DNA from: Pelistega sp.
GTDB lineage: Bacteria > Pseudomonadota > Gammaproteobacteria > Burkholderiales > Burkholderiaceae_B
Length of the DNA stretch: 64,000 nt
Direction: 5' to 3'
NCBI GenBank assembly: GCA_030538255.1
Contig: JAUNUI010000012.1
Location: forward strand, 17,490-81,489
In this document: positions 46,879 to 58,936 of the stretch, one piece after another
How the letters are laid out: every line of letters begins with the position of its first letter
How positions within the stretch are numbered: the stretch's first letter is position 1
Program-made: the position numbers and the translations under genes
Notes under the pieces: model-generated
The model's database searches: none
Seen by the model: only the letters and a program-made list of their open reading frames with translations
Told to the model about the DNA's origin: nothing

Positions 46879-49635
46879 CTAAACTAACTTACCGTGGCAT
46901 TGTTTAAATTTCTTACCGCTACCACATGGACAAGGGTCATTACGGCCAACGTTCTTATACTCATTAACCGCTGGGGTACCTGCTGCTTTAGCGGTATCCT
47001 CCTGCTCATCAGCACCTGCTAGGGCTTCATCGAAGTCAGAGTGATGGTATTTCATCTTCTCTTGTTGCTCTTGGGCACGAGCAACTTGCTCTGCTTCAAC
47101 TTCTTCCACCTGCTCTGGTGTACGAATCTGTACCGTTAATAAGACGCGGGCGGTTTCATCGCGCACGCGTTCCAACATATGTTGGAATAATTGGAAGGCT
47201 TCTTTCTTATACTCTTGTTTCGGGTCTTTCTGCGCATAGCCACGTAGGTGAATACCTTGGCGTAAGTGATCTAAAGCGGCTAAGTGTTCACGCCATGCGG
47301 TATCTAAGCGATCAAGTAAGACTGAGCGCTCAAATTGATTCCAAGACTCCTCACCCACAATGGCAATCTTCGACTCATAGACACGGTTGGCCTCTTCAAA
47401 TACTGCCTTGAAGATATCCTCATCATCAAGCTCACTATTCTTAGCGACCAGCTCTTGTAGATTAATCTCAATCGCCCACTCTTTAGAGAGAATCGTCTGT
47501 AAACTCGCAAGATCCCATTGCTCTTCCATCGACTCTTCAGGTACATATTGACGAACCAGATCGTTAAGCGCTGCATAGCGTAGCTCTTCAACCATTTCAC
47601 GAACTGAACTCTCTTCCAATACTTCATTACGTTGACCGTAGAGTACTTTACGTTGGTCATTGGCGACATTATCGAACTCAAGTAATTGCTTACGAATATC
47701 AAAGTTGCGGCTTTCGACTTTACGTTGCGCTGACTCAATTGAACGCGACACCATACGCGCTTCAATTGGCTCACCTGGTGTACCCAAGCGCTCCATTAGC
47801 CCACGTACACGGTCACCCGCAAAAATACGCATTAAGGAGTCATCAAGTGATAAGTAAAAGCGTGATGAGCCTGGGTCACCTTGACGACCGGCACGACCAC
47901 GTAGCTGATTATCGATACGACGTGATTCATGACGCTCTGTACCAATAATACGTAAACCACCCGCGGCTTTCACCTTAGCGTTACTCTCCGCCCATTCAGC
48001 ACGGATAGCCGCAATTTTCTCAGCTTTCTGCTCTGGACTTAAGCTATCGTCTAAATTGACTAAGCTGATTGGCTTAACAATGCTACCACCCAACACAATA
48101 TCGGTACCACGACCTGCCATATTGGTAGCAATCGTGATGTGACCTGGTTTACCTGCTTCAGCCACAATCTCCGCTTCGCGTGCGTGTTGTTTTGCATTCA
48201 ACACATCGTGCGGTAATTTCTCACGCTTAAGCATCTCAGATAAAAGCTCTGAGTTTTCAATACTGGTGGTACCCACAAGTACCGGTTGTGAGCGATCAAA
48301 GCAATCACGGATATCCACAAGAATCGCATCAAATTTCTCTTTCTCACTTAAGAAAATCTGATCGTTCTGGTCTTTACGAACCATAGGTAAGTTAGTTGGG
48401 ATAATCACGGTTTCTAGACCATAAATATCTTGGAATTCGTAGGCTTCGGTATCTGCAGTACCCGTCATGCCGGCTAATTTGCCATACATACGGAAATAAT
48501 TCTGGAAAGTAATCGAGGCCATGGTTTGGTTTTCGTTCTGAATAGCAACACCTTCTTTCGCTTCAACCGCTTGGTGCAAACCATCAGACCAACGACGACC
48601 ACTCATAAAGCGACCAGTAAATTCATCAACGATCACAATTTCGCCATCTTGTACGACGTAATGTTGATCTTTGAAGAATAAATTATGTGCGCGTAACGCT
48701 ACCATTAGGTGGTGCATCAAGGTAATATAACGCGGGTCGTATAAGGATGCGCCTTCAGGTAGCATTCCGAGATTACGCAAGATGCGCTCTGCATTCTCGT
48801 GCCCTGCTTCAGAGAGGTAAATTTGCTGACCTTTCTCATCAACCCAGAAATCACCTTCGGGTTCTGGTTCTTGTGGTTTAGGCTCTGCCACCATACGACT
48901 CAGCATAGGTGGCACTTGATTCATGCGCACATACAGATCGGTATTATCTTCAGCTTGGCCAGAAATAATTAAAGGTGTACGTGCTTCATCAATTAAGATG
49001 GAGTCAACTTCGTCAACAATCGCATACGCTAATTTGCGTTGACGACGGTCTTCAGCACGATACTCCATATTGTCGCGCAAGTAGTCAAAGCCAAATTCGT
49101 TATTCGTACCATACGTCACATCAGCACGGTAGGCTGCATGTTTTTCATTATTATCTTGGTTAGGGATCACCACGCCAACCGTTAAGCCTAAGAAATTATA
49201 CAGAACACCATTATTCTGGGCGTCACGACGTGCTAAGTAGTCATTCACCGTCACCACATGCACGCCATCGCCTGTTAGGGCATTCAGATAGACGGGCAAG
49301 GTACTCATTAGGGTCTTACCTTCACCGGTACGCATCTCAGCGATTTTGCCATGATGCAGCACAATACCACCAATCATCTGCACATCAAAGTGGCGCATAC
49401 CTAAAACGCGACTTGAGGCCTCACGTACGACAGCAAAGGCTTCCGGCAGGATAGCGTTGAGTTTCTCACCATTGGCTAGGCGCTCTTTAAATTCAGGCGT
49501 CTTAGCGGCTAATTGCTCATCGCTTAATTCTTTCATCGCAGGTTCAAGTGCATTAATTTTCTGCACAACCTTGCGGTATTGTTTTAGAAGACGATCGTTA
49601 CGGGTACCAATTAATTTTTTCAGTAAAGGAATCAT
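46879..49635 (-). CDS. secA: preprotein translocase ATPase SecA
   Basis: 918 aa: [28 protein letters not shown], and the C-terminal zinc motif [14 protein letters not shown]. Confidence 0.97.
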   Translation of the reverse strand: MIPLLKKLIGTRNDRLLKQYRKVVQKINALEPAMKELSDEQLAAKTPEFKERLANGEKLNAILPEAFAVVREASSRVLGMRHFDVQMIGGIVLHHGKIAEMRTGEGKTLMSTLPVYLNALTGDGVHVVTVNDYLARRDAQNNGVLYNFLGLTVGVVIPNQDNNEKHAAYRADVTYGTNNEFGFDYLRDNMEYRAEDRRQRKLAYAIVDEVDSILIDEARTPLIISGQAEDNTDLYVRMNQVPPMLSRMVAEPKPQEPEPEGDFWVDEKGQQIYLSEAGHENAERILRNLGMLPEGASLYDPRYITLMHHLMVALRAHNLFFKDQHYVVQDGEIVIVDEFTGRFMSGRRWSDGLHQAVEAKEGVAIQNENQTMASITFQNYFRMYGKLAGMTGTADTEAYEFQDIYGLETVIIPTNLPMVRKDQNDQIFLSEKEKFDAILVDIRDCFDRSQPVLVGTTSIENSELLSEMLKREKLPHDVLNAKQHAREAEIVAEAGKPGHITIATNMAGRGTDIVLGGSIVKPISLVNLDDSLSPEQKAEKIAAIRAEWAESNAKVKAAGGLRIIGTERHESRRIDNQLRGRAGRQGDPGSSRFYLSLDDSLMRIFAGDRVRGLMERLGTPGEPIEARMVSRSIESAQRKVESRNFDIRKQLLEFDNVANDQRKVLYGQRNEVLEESSVREMVEELRYAALNDLVRQYVPEESMEEQWDLASLQTILSKEWAIEINLQELVAKNSELDDEDIFKAVFEEANRVYESKIAIVGEESWNQFERSVLLDRLDTAWREHLAALDHLRQGIHLRGYAQKDPKQEYKKEAFQLFQHMLERVRDETARVLLTVQIRTPEQVEEVEAEQVARAQEQQEKMKYHHSDFDEALAGADEQEDTAKAAGTPAVNEYKNVGRNDPCPCGSGKKFKQCHGKLV

Positions 49636-49811
49636 TTCTTATTCTTAAGAGAAAAGGATGTAAACATTATAAACGTGTTAGCGCACTATTAGGCGTAAAG
49701 CCATATAAGTTTACCGCATTTGACGCGTAGCACTATGTAAAGAGCGGGAGTTCGTACTATAAACTTACTGACAAAATTATAGATAAGGGCTTTTGTCGGA
49801 GCACCAGTGGC

Positions 49812-50843
49812 TTATTTTCCCAATTTTTGTAATTCGCTACCACCACCTACATTACTTAATGCGGACGTGCCGTAATGGCCAAGGCGTTCCATAAGGCTAG
49901 AACTTTCACTGGCAACCTGCTGAGATGAGAAATCACGCCCCAAAAACTCCATTGGATCAACCGCTACGTCTTTAATGCGAATTTCGAAGTGCAGGTGTGG
50001 ACCTGTTGAGCGACCTGTGTTGCCAATGCGCGCAACGAGTTGACGACGTGTCACTAAATCGCCTACCTCAGCCATAATTTCCGAGGTATGGGCATAACGT
50101 GTCATCACCTCATTGCCATGATCAATCTCTAGCGTTAAGCCATATCCTCCGCGATAACCTACATAACTGACCACGCCAGCACTGGCAGCATAAATCGGTG
50201 TGCCAATGGCACCTGCAAAATCTTGGCCACTATGTAAGTGATAAGCCCCTGTCACTGGATTGGTACGATAACCATAAGCCGAGGTCACTCTCGCTTGCAT
50301 CATGGATACGGGAGTGGTGGTCGGAATACGTTCAAGACCAGCGGATTTACTCTGTGCTAAAAACTCCATGACGCGTAAACTGTCTTCTTGGTAAGACATT
50401 TTCTTACGTAAATCATCAAGCTCACGCCCCACCTCTTCGGCAGACTTGGTGCTTGGGTTTTCCAGAAGAAGATCTTCCATTGGCACGTCAGTCGTAGAGC
50501 CACGTGGGACAAAATTGCCTAACTCACCTTGTCCTGGCTGCAAGCCTTGGCTGCGCGCCAAACGATTGCTGATATGCACCAAATTCTCATATTTCACCTT
50601 AATATCAGCAAGCTCATTCGCCATTTGCTGAATACTATGTAAAATAAGTGTACGATTGCCTTCTGAGTCTTGTAAGGTAGGCGCTATTGATGTGGGCGTA
50701 ATTCGTCCATGATACCCATAGCGACGCTCTAGCAGCACACCTGATACCACGGCAATACAGAGCGCTAAGACGGCAACACTAAAGCTCCATACTTTATTCG
50801 TTGTGCGCTTGGCTCTTCGTTTTGAGACAAATTTCTTTTTCAA
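49812..50843 (-). CDS. M23-family metallopeptidase (membrane-anchored)
   Basis: N-terminal TM segment; HSGQDFAGAIGTPIYA...GNTGRSTGPHLHFEI. Confidence 0.85.
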   Translation of the reverse strand: MKKKFVSKRRAKRTTNKVWSFSVAVLALCIAVVSGVLLERRYGYHGRITPTSIAPTLQDSEGNRTLILHSIQQMANELADIKVKYENLVHISNRLARSQGLQPGQGELGNFVPRGSTTDVPMEDLLLENPSTKSAEEVGRELDDLRKKMSYQEDSLRVMEFLAQSKSAGLERIPTTTPVSMMQARVTSAYGYRTNPVTGAYHLHSGQDFAGAIGTPIYAASAGVVSYVGYRGGYGLTLEIDHGNEVMTRYAHTSEIMAEVGDLVTRRQLVARIGNTGRSTGPHLHFEIRIKDVAVDPMEFLGRDFSSQQVASESSSLMERLGHYGTSALSNVGGGSELQKLGK

Positions 50844-50861
50844 TATAAAATAACCTATACG

Positions 50862-51362
50862 ATGTCAATTTTCTTTAAATCTGCAAGAGTTTCCGACAAA
50901 CGTAAAAAAAACGACTTCATTAAACCTCTTGAAGGCATGGCTCAAGGCGTCAAGGAACAACGCGCAGTCTTGGAAATGGCCCATTATTACCAACAAGTAC
51001 AAAGCCATCTACAACAGCTCATCGATGCGCCAATGAATGCGCACTGCTATGTCACCAGTTATCAAGAAGGTCAATTGCAGCTTGCAGTTCCTAGTGCAGC
51101 GTTCGCCGCTAAATTGCGCCAAATGGCACCCAGCCTAGCGCAAGCTATGTCAAATCGTGGATATCCGATAAGCACTTTAAAAATTAAAGTCATTGCTGGA
51201 CTCTCTCGTTCGAGTACGCCTGAAGTTCATCAAGCTACTCGAACCAACTCTCCAGCGGCAGCACATGCAGCACTGCAAAAACTCTATGAGGAACTCGACC
51301 CAGGCCCCTTAAGTGACGCGATTAAAACTATTCTCGTCAAGCGCGGTGTAGAGAAAACTTAA
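50862..51362 (+). CDS. DUF721/DciA-like protein
   Basis: 166 aa. The call rests on its position between lpxC and the M23-secA genes, as in many Betaproteobacteria. This is recognition by context, with only weak motif support. Confidence 0.45.
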   Translation: MSIFFKSARVSDKRKKNDFIKPLEGMAQGVKEQRAVLEMAHYYQQVQSHLQQLIDAPMNAHCYVTSYQEGQLQLAVPSAAFAAKLRQMAPSLAQAMSNRGYPISTLKIKVIAGLSRSSTPEVHQATRTNSPAAAHAALQKLYEELDPGPLSDAIKTILVKRGVEKT

Positions 51363-51498
51363 ATGACAGGACATATCCCTTACTTAGTACATCTGCCTAG
51401 ATTTAAACGAAGGCATGTTGCTCTGTTCAGTTAGCAATGCCAAGCTCCAAGCCTTACATAAACGCCCTACTTAGTCCTCCACTCCTACACCTGGTAGC

Positions 51499-51553
51499 AA
51501 CTAAGCAAGACCTAAGCAAGAACTAAGTGAGAACTTAGTGAGTCCTAATCAGA
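51499..51553 (-). repeat. 11-nt x4-5 tandem repeat downstream of lpxC, mimicking its last codons plus stop
   Basis: Plus-strand units: aactaagcaag / acctaagcaag / aactaagtgag / aacttagtgag / (tcctaatcaga). The true tail at 51564-51575 is aacttaagcgag. Confidence 0.9.
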
Positions 51554-51566
51554 TATTTAAGTAAAC

Positions 51567-52490
51567 TTAAGCGAGACGCCAATCACGACTCACAACTTGT
51601 GCGGCTTGCGCACTCGAATCATACGTCACGATTTCCCAGGCATCTTCTTGCTCTAATAGCGCACGTGCCAATTTATTATTTAAGCCGTGCCCAGACTTGC
51701 ATGCGACATAACGAGCTAGCAATGGATAACCGATAAGATATAAATCACCAATAGCATCAAGAATCTTATGCTTTACAAACTCATCGTCATAGCGTAAGCC
51801 ATCGGGGTTAAGAATACGATACTCATCCATCACGATCGCATTATCTAAACTACCGCCACGTGCTAAACCAATGTTACGCAACATCTCAACATCGTTAGCG
51901 AAGCCAAAGGTACGTGCACGGGCAATTTCATCGATATATGAATCAGCACCAAAATCAATTTCAGCAAAGCTAGCGGTTGAATCAATCGCCGGATGATGGA
52001 AATCAATTGAGAATGCGAGTGCAAAACCTTCGTAAGGCTCTAGACGCGCCCACTTGGCATTCTCACCCTCACCTTCGGATACTTCAACGGTTTTCTTGAC
52101 TCGCAGGAAACGCTTCGCAGCGCTCTGCTCCACAATACCCGCATCACGCAACAAATAGACAAATGTCGCCGCGCTGCCATCCATAATTGGAATTTCTTCA
52201 GCATCAACGTCGATATGGATATTGTCAATACCTAAACCCGCTAAAGCACTCATCAAATGCTCAACAGTAGAAACACGATACTGACCGTTCTGTAAGACCG
52301 AGGCCATGCGTGTATCACCCACTTTATTGGCTTGAGCAGGAAAGTCAAGCACCTCAGGGGTGTCTACTCGGTGAAATACGATACCCGTATTCTCCTGTGC
52401 TGGGCGCAAAGTAAGTTGTACACGCTGACCTGAGTGAACACCCACGCCTGTCGCCGTAACTAACTTTTTAATGGTTCTTTGTTTTAACAT
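51567..52490 (-). CDS. lpxC: UDP-3-O-acyl-N-acetylglucosamine deacetylase
   Basis: 307 aa: MLKQRTI...GVGVHSG...[14 protein letters not shown]...DGSA; the typical position after ftsZ. Confidence 0.95.
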   Translation of the reverse strand: MLKQRTIKKLVTATGVGVHSGQRVQLTLRPAQENTGIVFHRVDTPEVLDFPAQANKVGDTRMASVLQNGQYRVSTVEHLMSALAGLGIDNIHIDVDAEEIPIMDGSAATFVYLLRDAGIVEQSAAKRFLRVKKTVEVSEGEGENAKWARLEPYEGFALAFSIDFHHPAIDSTASFAEIDFGADSYIDEIARARTFGFANDVEMLRNIGLARGGSLDNAIVMDEYRILNPDGLRYDDEFVKHKILDAIGDLYLIGYPLLARYVACKSGHGLNNKLARALLEQEDAWEIVTYDSSAQAAQVVSRDWRLA

Positions 52491-52789
52491 GTATTTTGTC
52501 TTGGGTTATTCACCCACTCCATACAATAAAAATTACTCAATAAGCTATTTTACTCCGATTTGTATCAGAGCGCTAAATAAGAATAATTAAAAATGGCAAA
52601 AAATTATTGCTAAAAAGGCTTCTTCGTAATAAGTTTGACGGTTTAATGAAATTTCATTAAACCTACCTAATTTGATTATTCATCATTTATCTCTATTAAT
52701 ATCAGTCACTTATAAATTTTCACTGCCTAGGCAGTTTAACACAAATAAGCGATATTAAATAAAGTTTATGAATGTCGGCGTCCTACAAT

Positions 52790-52825
52790 AACAAAAACGG
52801 AAGTAGTTGGGGGAACTACTTCCGT
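52790..52825 (-). terminator. rho-independent terminator after ftsZ
   Basis: Minus strand: ACGGAAGTAGTT ccccc AACTACTTCCGT followed by TTTTTGTTATT. Confidence 0.8.
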
Positions 52826-52871
52826 TGGGAGTTGAAACCAAAGACTTGGTTTCATATTATTTATCGATCAA

Positions 52872-54059
52872 TTAGTTTGCTTGTTTACGTAAGTAAGCAG
52901 GCACATCACGCTCAGAAGAATCTAAACGCGCACCTAAACCACCACGATTAAAGCTGCGGCCACCACGAATACCGATAGAACCAAGACTTTCTTGTTTACC
53001 ATCTTGTGATGGTTGGAACATAGCAATACCGTCAGTACCTGTACCTACGCCAACAACTGGGATTTCGACATCTGCGTCATGGACTAATTCAGCTTGTTTA
53101 CGCGCACCTAAACCCGTTGCTACAACAGTTACACGAAGTTCGTCACCCATATTGTCGTCTTTGGCGTGCCCCGAGATAATCATGGCATCTTGATCTGCAT
53201 AGCTCGTGATGATCTCGTTAATTTGCTTAACTTCACTCATCTTCAAGCTACCGCCTGCAGTGATGTTGATCAACACACCACGTGCGCCATTCAAGTTAAC
53301 GCCTTCTAGTAATGGGCAAGCGATCGCCGCTTCTGCAGCTTTCTTGGCACGATCAGGACCTGATGCAGCGGCAGTGCCCATCATTGCTTGACCATATTCA
53401 CCCATAATGGTTTTAACGTCTTCGAAGTCAACGTTAATAATACCTTGTACGTCAATAATTTCTGCGATACCTGCACATGCATTATTCAAGACGTTATCTG
53501 CTTCTTTGAAACACTCTTCAAGCGTTGCGTCATCTGACATATTCTCGTAGAGTTTTTCGTTCAGTACAACCACTAAAGAATGAACATGTTTAGATAATTC
53601 ATTCACGCCATCTTCAGCGATACGCATACGCTTTGCGCCTTCGAAGGCAAAGGGTTTCGTCACAATACCAACGGTGAGAATACCCAGTTCTTTAGCAATT
53701 TCTGCTACTACAGGTGCGGCACCTGTACCTGTACCACCACCCATTCCAGCAGTAATGAATACCATCTGTGCGCCATTCAAAGCAGCACGGATGTCTTCAC
53801 GAGCTGATTCGGCGGCCGCACGACCTTGATCAGGACGAGCTCCTGCGCCTAAACCACTCTTACCTAGGGGAATGCGAGTCTCTGCTTGTGTTAGTTCAAG
53901 CGCTTGTGCGTCAGTATTAGCACAAATAAAGTCAACTCCGCGAATACCGGATGCAATCATGTGGTTAACCGCGTTACCGCCTGCACCACCTACACCGATT
54001 ACCTTAATTAAATTACCACCTGGATTTCTGTCCTCAACAATACTGAATCCATAAGTCAT
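52872..54059 (-). CDS. ftsZ: cell division protein FtsZ
   Basis: GVGGAGGNAV...AGMGGGTGTGAAPV tubulin signature. 395 aa. Confidence 0.97.
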   Translation of the reverse strand: MTYGFSIVEDRNPGGNLIKVIGVGGAGGNAVNHMIASGIRGVDFICANTDAQALELTQAETRIPLGKSGLGAGARPDQGRAAAESAREDIRAALNGAQMVFITAGMGGGTGTGAAPVVAEIAKELGILTVGIVTKPFAFEGAKRMRIAEDGVNELSKHVHSLVVVLNEKLYENMSDDATLEECFKEADNVLNNACAGIAEIIDVQGIINVDFEDVKTIMGEYGQAMMGTAAASGPDRAKKAAEAAIACPLLEGVNLNGARGVLINITAGGSLKMSEVKQINEIITSYADQDAMIISGHAKDDNMGDELRVTVVATGLGARKQAELVHDADVEIPVVGVGTGTDGIAMFQPSQDGKQESLGSIGIRGGRSFNRGGLGARLDSSERDVPAYLRKQAN

Positions 54060-54562
54060 GTGCCCAACTCCTAATTTCTGAAACCATTAACGAAACCCCC
54101 AAATTTCGGAAATCGTCTCAAAGAAAAGCCCAGCGCGTAACTTCTCGGTCTTCTCTTTGAACCGCCTCCATATTCATTATGCAAAGAATATCCAAGCTTG
54201 ACCCACATCATCAGACATATCTTGGTGATTTGCCTTTCCCCTGCAAATTGCCTAAATACATCATCAATACTTCATTAACATCCAGTCATCACCCTTAGTT
54301 ACACGTTATATTCTCATTGTCTACCTGCTAATGCACGTAAACATAGGCTAAATACACGTTAATTAAGCATTAAATCAGCGTTAATTATGTATTGATTAAA
54401 TAATATAGCACCTTAATATGCATAAAACCCATTCACTTAATCTGATTGATTAACCCCTTAATCAACACGACTAATTCCTGAATTATTACGCCTATCAAGC
54501 TAAATATTATGCTTCACACAACAAAATACTTACACAGTAGATACTGTCTCCTTAATTATAGT

Positions 54563-55777
54563 TCAATTAAGGATGTAATCCCAGATTCTTTTAAGTAAAT
54601 TTTGTTTCTTAGATGTAAATTCCTGATCATCCAATTGAATTCTTGCTTGCTTGAGCAAACCCATCACGGTTGCAAATTGTGGCTGACAGACAACATCCGC
54701 TAAACTACCGTCATATAAAGGCACCCCTGCCCGCACTGGTAGTTCGAAAATATCTTCGGCTAGCTCCACAATACCTGGTAATAAAGCCGTGCCACCTGTT
54801 AATACAATCGAATGTGGTTTTTGCTCATTCTCTAGGATGTTCTCACCAACCTCAAAGAAAATCTCTTCTAAACGCGAGCAAATAATTTCACCAATCAGTT
54901 CTCGCTTAACCGTACGTGGTTCACGATCACCCACACCCATTAGACTAATCACCTCATCGGCGGGCACTAAGCTACTCTTGGCGACGCCATTCAAGAGCTT
55001 AAGTTCCTCAGCATCAGGATTAGGGATACGGAATAGATGAGATAAATCACTGGTAATCAGTTCGCCACCCGCATCCATGATATGGGTATGGCGAATTGAA
55101 CCATCTTGATACACGGCAATATCAGTCGTGCCTGCGCCGATATCAATTAAGAGAACACCTTGTTTCTTCTCATCTTCAGTCAAGCAGCTCTGGCTAGCAG
55201 CAAGCGGATTTAAGGTTAAGTTATACGGCTCTAAACCGCAGCGACGCACGCATTTTAAAATATTCTGAGCGGCCGTCTCTTCGCCTGTGACGATATGGAC
55301 GCGTACTTCTAAGCGGACACCCGACATGCCCACGGGCTGGATAATACCGCCCTGCTTATCAACCAAGAACTGCTGCGTAATGACATGTAAAATCCGCTGA
55401 TCAGTGGAAATATTCACGGCTTTCGCGGTATCAATCACCCGGTTTACATCAGCCGCCGTGACTTCTTTGTCTTTCACAGCGACCATACCACTCGAATTGA
55501 AGCTATTGATATGACAGCCACCGATGCCGACTAAGGCATGACGAATCTTACAATCGGCCATCAATTCGGCCTCTTCTAAGGCTTTCTGAATCGCCTTAAC
55601 GGTGATGTCAATATTAACCACAGAGCCTTTACGAATGCCTCCCATGGTTGGGGCTTGACCCAATCCAAGGACATCGAACTTACCATCTTCTGCTAAGGCC
55701 TCGGCAACCACAGCCACCACTTTACTGGTGCCAATGTCCAAGGCGACGATCAATTCCCTATTCAGCTCTCGACTCAT
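54563..55777 (-). CDS. ftsA: cell division protein FtsA
   Basis: Actin-like ATPase with ALDIGTSKV...DIGAGTTDIAV. 404 aa. Confidence 0.95.
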   Translation of the reverse strand: MSRELNRELIVALDIGTSKVVAVVAEALAEDGKFDVLGLGQAPTMGGIRKGSVVNIDITVKAIQKALEEAELMADCKIRHALVGIGGCHINSFNSSGMVAVKDKEVTAADVNRVIDTAKAVNISTDQRILHVITQQFLVDKQGGIIQPVGMSGVRLEVRVHIVTGEETAAQNILKCVRRCGLEPYNLTLNPLAASQSCLTEDEKKQGVLLIDIGAGTTDIAVYQDGSIRHTHIMDAGGELITSDLSHLFRIPNPDAEELKLLNGVAKSSLVPADEVISLMGVGDREPRTVKRELIGEIICSRLEEIFFEVGENILENEQKPHSIVLTGGTALLPGIVELAEDIFELPVRAGVPLYDGSLADVVCQPQFATVMGLLKQARIQLDDQEFTSKKQNLLKRIWDYILN

Positions 55778-56577
55778 TTTTTCTCTTTACTATCTGAATT
55801 AACTGCAGGCTCGTATGTCACTGCAAAGCCTTTAGTATACCGAAGATCAACTTTTGTAAGCTTTTTTCCCTGGCTTCTTTCCAACAAAACTGGCCAGGCC
55901 TGCACAAAACGTTGAGCTGTAGCCGCAAAGCTCACAGCCCCTTGTTGACCACCTAAGGGGTCAGCTAACTCCGCCCCTGCATCTCGCCCCAAAATCAATA
56001 CGACATCATTACTTAAGGTTACACGCCAAGCGTAACGATCACTTAATGCCACATCCTTAATCTCTAGATTTAAGGGTGACAGCAGCGTCGCTAGCTCACC
56101 AGCACGTTGCACCACCAAGCGTTCTGAGCCTTCAGGTCCATAATACTGGGGGTAATTAATCTCACTATCGAGTTCATCACGATTGGCTGAGAATAACTCC
56201 GCCCATGTATTAATCAGCTCATCATCATTCCACTTGGCATAGGCTTCGTGTTCTTCAATACGTAATAATAAGCCATTTGGCCAAACTCGGCTAATATCAA
56301 CATGACGCACCCAAGGCGCTGTCTCAATATTGCGCTTAAGTTCATTTAAGTCGATGGTGAAAAAGTTACCCTTGATTTTGCCTGCTACTGTGCTTTGGAT
56401 ACTGGCTGGTGAAACATGCTCTAAGACATTACCTTCCTTAGGCTCCATCGTCAGCTGGGTAATCGTAAACATAGGGCGGTGAATAAACCAATAAGCCGCG
56501 CCCAACACAATCGCCACGCTGGCAAACAGCATGATCACATTGGCAATGAAATTAATCAGACGCGGATTATTAAACAC
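55774..56577 (-). CDS. ftsQ: cell division protein FtsQ
   Basis: N-terminal TM segment plus POTRA-like region. The call also rests on its position between ddl and ftsA, with an ATGA-type overlap. Confidence 0.85.
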   Translation of the reverse strand: MFNNPRLINFIANVIMLFASVAIVLGAAYWFIHRPMFTITQLTMEPKEGNVLEHVSPASIQSTVAGKIKGNFFTIDLNELKRNIETAPWVRHVDISRVWPNGLLLRIEEHEAYAKWNDDELINTWAELFSANRDELDSEINYPQYYGPEGSERLVVQRAGELATLLSPLNLEIKDVALSDRYAWRVTLSNDVVLILGRDAGAELADPLGGQQGAVSFAATAQRFVQAWPVLLERSQGKKLTKVDLRYTKGFAVTYEPAVNSDSKEKK

Positions 56578-56585
56578 AACTACCC

Positions 56586-57530
56586 CTACGCTTTCACTTT
56601 AAAAATTTTACACGAGGCTTGTGACAGTATGTAAACACATAGATCACTATACGCCATACCGTTGGCTTTAGCGGCCATCGGCACTAATGAATGGCTTGTC
56701 ATACCAGGTGAAGTATTAATTTCCAAAATCCAAGGTTGCATATCCTCATCCAACATCACATCGACGCGTGACCAGCCTTCACAACCGACGGCACGATAGG
56801 CTTGCACACAATATTCTTGGATCTGCGCGCTTAGTTCGGCAGGCAGATTGGCAGGACATTCATAGCGCGTATCATCAGACACATACTTATTATGAAAGTC
56901 GTAATTACCACCTGGGGCAATAATTTCAATCACGGGCAAAGCATGCGCTTGCTCTCCCTTACCCATAATAGCAATCGTAAACTCACGGCCTACGATACAC
57001 TGTTCGGCCAGTAATTCACTTTCATAGGTTTTGGCTAACTCAAAAGCCTCAGCAAGTTTGCTCTCATCGGTGACCTTGCATAAACCGAGCGTAGAGCCTT
57101 CATGTGGCGGCTTCACAATCATCGGTAGACTCAGTTGCTCTTTAGCCTTCTGCAGATCTTGTTCTTCATGCACCACGGCATAACGAGGGGTCGGAATGCC
57201 TTTTTCAATCAGGATTCGCTTGGTCATGATTTTATCCATGGAAATCGCTGAGGCCATCACGCCAGGACCTGTATATGGGATACCCAAGATTTCTAAGGCA
57301 CCCTGCATACAACCATCCTCACCAAAGCGACCATGCAAAGCAATAAATACCCGGTCAAATTTCTCTGCTGCAAGTTCGGCTAGGCTACGCTCGCCAGTAT
57401 CAAATAAATGCGCATCAATACCTTTGCTGAGTAAGGCTTCATAGACGCCTTTACCAGAGACTAATGACACGGGACGTTCTGCTGAGGTGCCACCGTAGAG
57501 GACACCGACTTTTCCAAAATCTACACTCAT
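56586..57530 (-). CDS. ddl: D-alanine--D-alanine ligase
   Basis: [13 protein letters not shown]-type N-terminus ([13 protein letters not shown]), ATP-grasp fold, ...EINTSPGMT. Confidence 0.93.
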   Translation of the reverse strand: MSVDFGKVGVLYGGTSAERPVSLVSGKGVYEALLSKGIDAHLFDTGERSLAELAAEKFDRVFIALHGRFGEDGCMQGALEILGIPYTGPGVMASAISMDKIMTKRILIEKGIPTPRYAVVHEEQDLQKAKEQLSLPMIVKPPHEGSTLGLCKVTDESKLAEAFELAKTYESELLAEQCIVGREFTIAIMGKGEQAHALPVIEIIAPGGNYDFHNKYVSDDTRYECPANLPAELSAQIQEYCVQAYRAVGCEGWSRVDVMLDEDMQPWILEINTSPGMTSHSLVPMAAKANGMAYSDLCVYILSQASCKIFKVKA

Positions 57531-58936
57531 AGCATTTCTCCGATTTGTCCAGGTACTTTATTAATTGATCCTGCTCCCATGCACACCACCACATCACCAT
57601 CACGCACAAAATTCACGATGGCTTGTGGTAAATCATTAATATCTTCAATAAATACTGGTTCAATATTGCCCGCTACACGAATAGCACGAGTCAAGGCACG
57701 ACCATCGGCCGCGACCAGAGGGGCTTCACCAGCGGCATAGACTTCAGTCAACAACACCGCATCTGCTGTACCCAAGACACGCACAAAGTCTTCAAAGCAA
57801 TCACGAGTCCGTGTGTAACGATGCGGTTGGAATGCTAACACTAAGCGACGCTCAGGCCAAGCACCACGAGCGGCCTCAATGGTCGCTGCCATCTCAACAG
57901 GATGATGACCATAATCATCAATCACAGTGAATTGACCATTGCCATTCTTCTCTGGCACGGTAAAGTCACCCACATAAGCAAATCGGCGGCCTACACCACG
58001 GAAGCTCTCTAAGGACTCAATAATCGCTGCATCAGGCACGCCTAGCTCTGTCGCTACGGCAATCGCTGCTAAGGCATTCAATACATTATGCTTGCCTGGA
58101 ATATTTAAGGTGACTTTTAAATCAGGCAAGTCAGGCATATGGACTAAGCGACGCTTAACATCAAAGCACATCGTTGTGCCCTTCGCCTCAACATTCACTG
58201 CCTGAAAATTCGCTTCATCATTAAAACCGTAGCTCGTGATTGGGCAAGAGATAAAAGGAATAATTTTACGCACATTATCATCATCGGTGCAGAGAATTGC
58301 ACTGCCGTAGAACGGTAAGCGCTGGGCAAACTCAACGAAGGCGCCACGTAGTTTAGCCACATCATGACCATAGGTATCCATATGATCCGCATCAATATTG
58401 GTCACGACTGCCATAATCGGTAGTAAATTTAAGAAGGAGGCGTCCGACTCATCGGCTTCAACCACAATATAGTCGCCAGTTCCCAAGCGCGCATTCGCAC
58501 CTGCAGAGTTTAAGCGCCCTCCAATCACGAAGGTCGGGTCCATATCGGCTGCCGCCAATACGCTAGCCACTAAACTGGTTGTCGTGGTTTTACCGTGTGT
58601 ACCTGCTACTGCGATACCACGCTTTAAGCGCATCAACTCGGCCAACATAATCGCCCGCGGCACCACAGGAATATTTCGTGCACGTGCACTAAGAACCTCA
58701 GGGTTGCTGCCTTGAATCGCTGTGGAGGTCACAATCGCATCAGCATGCTCAATATTGCTAGCCTCATGACTGTTATAAATGGTCGCACCAAGACTCGCTA
58801 GTCGACGTGTCACCGCTGTATCGCTGACGTCCGAGCCACTAATTTGATAACCTAAATTGAGTAAAACTTCGGCAATGCCACTCATTCCTGAGCCGCCAAT
58901 ACCAACAAAGTGAATGCGACGGATTTTATGTTTCAT
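57527..58936 (-). CDS. murC: UDP-N-acetylmuramate--L-alanine ligase
   Basis: [15 protein letters not shown]...[12 protein letters not shown]. Confidence 0.95.
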   Translation of the reverse strand: MKHKIRRIHFVGIGGSGMSGIAEVLLNLGYQISGSDVSDTAVTRRLASLGATIYNSHEASNIEHADAIVTSTAIQGSNPEVLSARARNIPVVPRAIMLAELMRLKRGIAVAGTHGKTTTTSLVASVLAAADMDPTFVIGGRLNSAGANARLGTGDYIVVEADESDASFLNLLPIMAVVTNIDADHMDTYGHDVAKLRGAFVEFAQRLPFYGSAILCTDDDNVRKIIPFISCPITSYGFNDEANFQAVNVEAKGTTMCFDVKRRLVHMPDLPDLKVTLNIPGKHNVLNALAAIAVATELGVPDAAIIESLESFRGVGRRFAYVGDFTVPEKNGNGQFTVIDDYGHHPVEMAATIEAARGAWPERRLVLAFQPHRYTRTRDCFEDFVRVLGTADAVLLTEVYAAGEAPLVAADGRALTRAIRVAGNIEPVFIEDINDLPQAIVNFVRDGDVVVCMGAGSINKVPGQIGEML

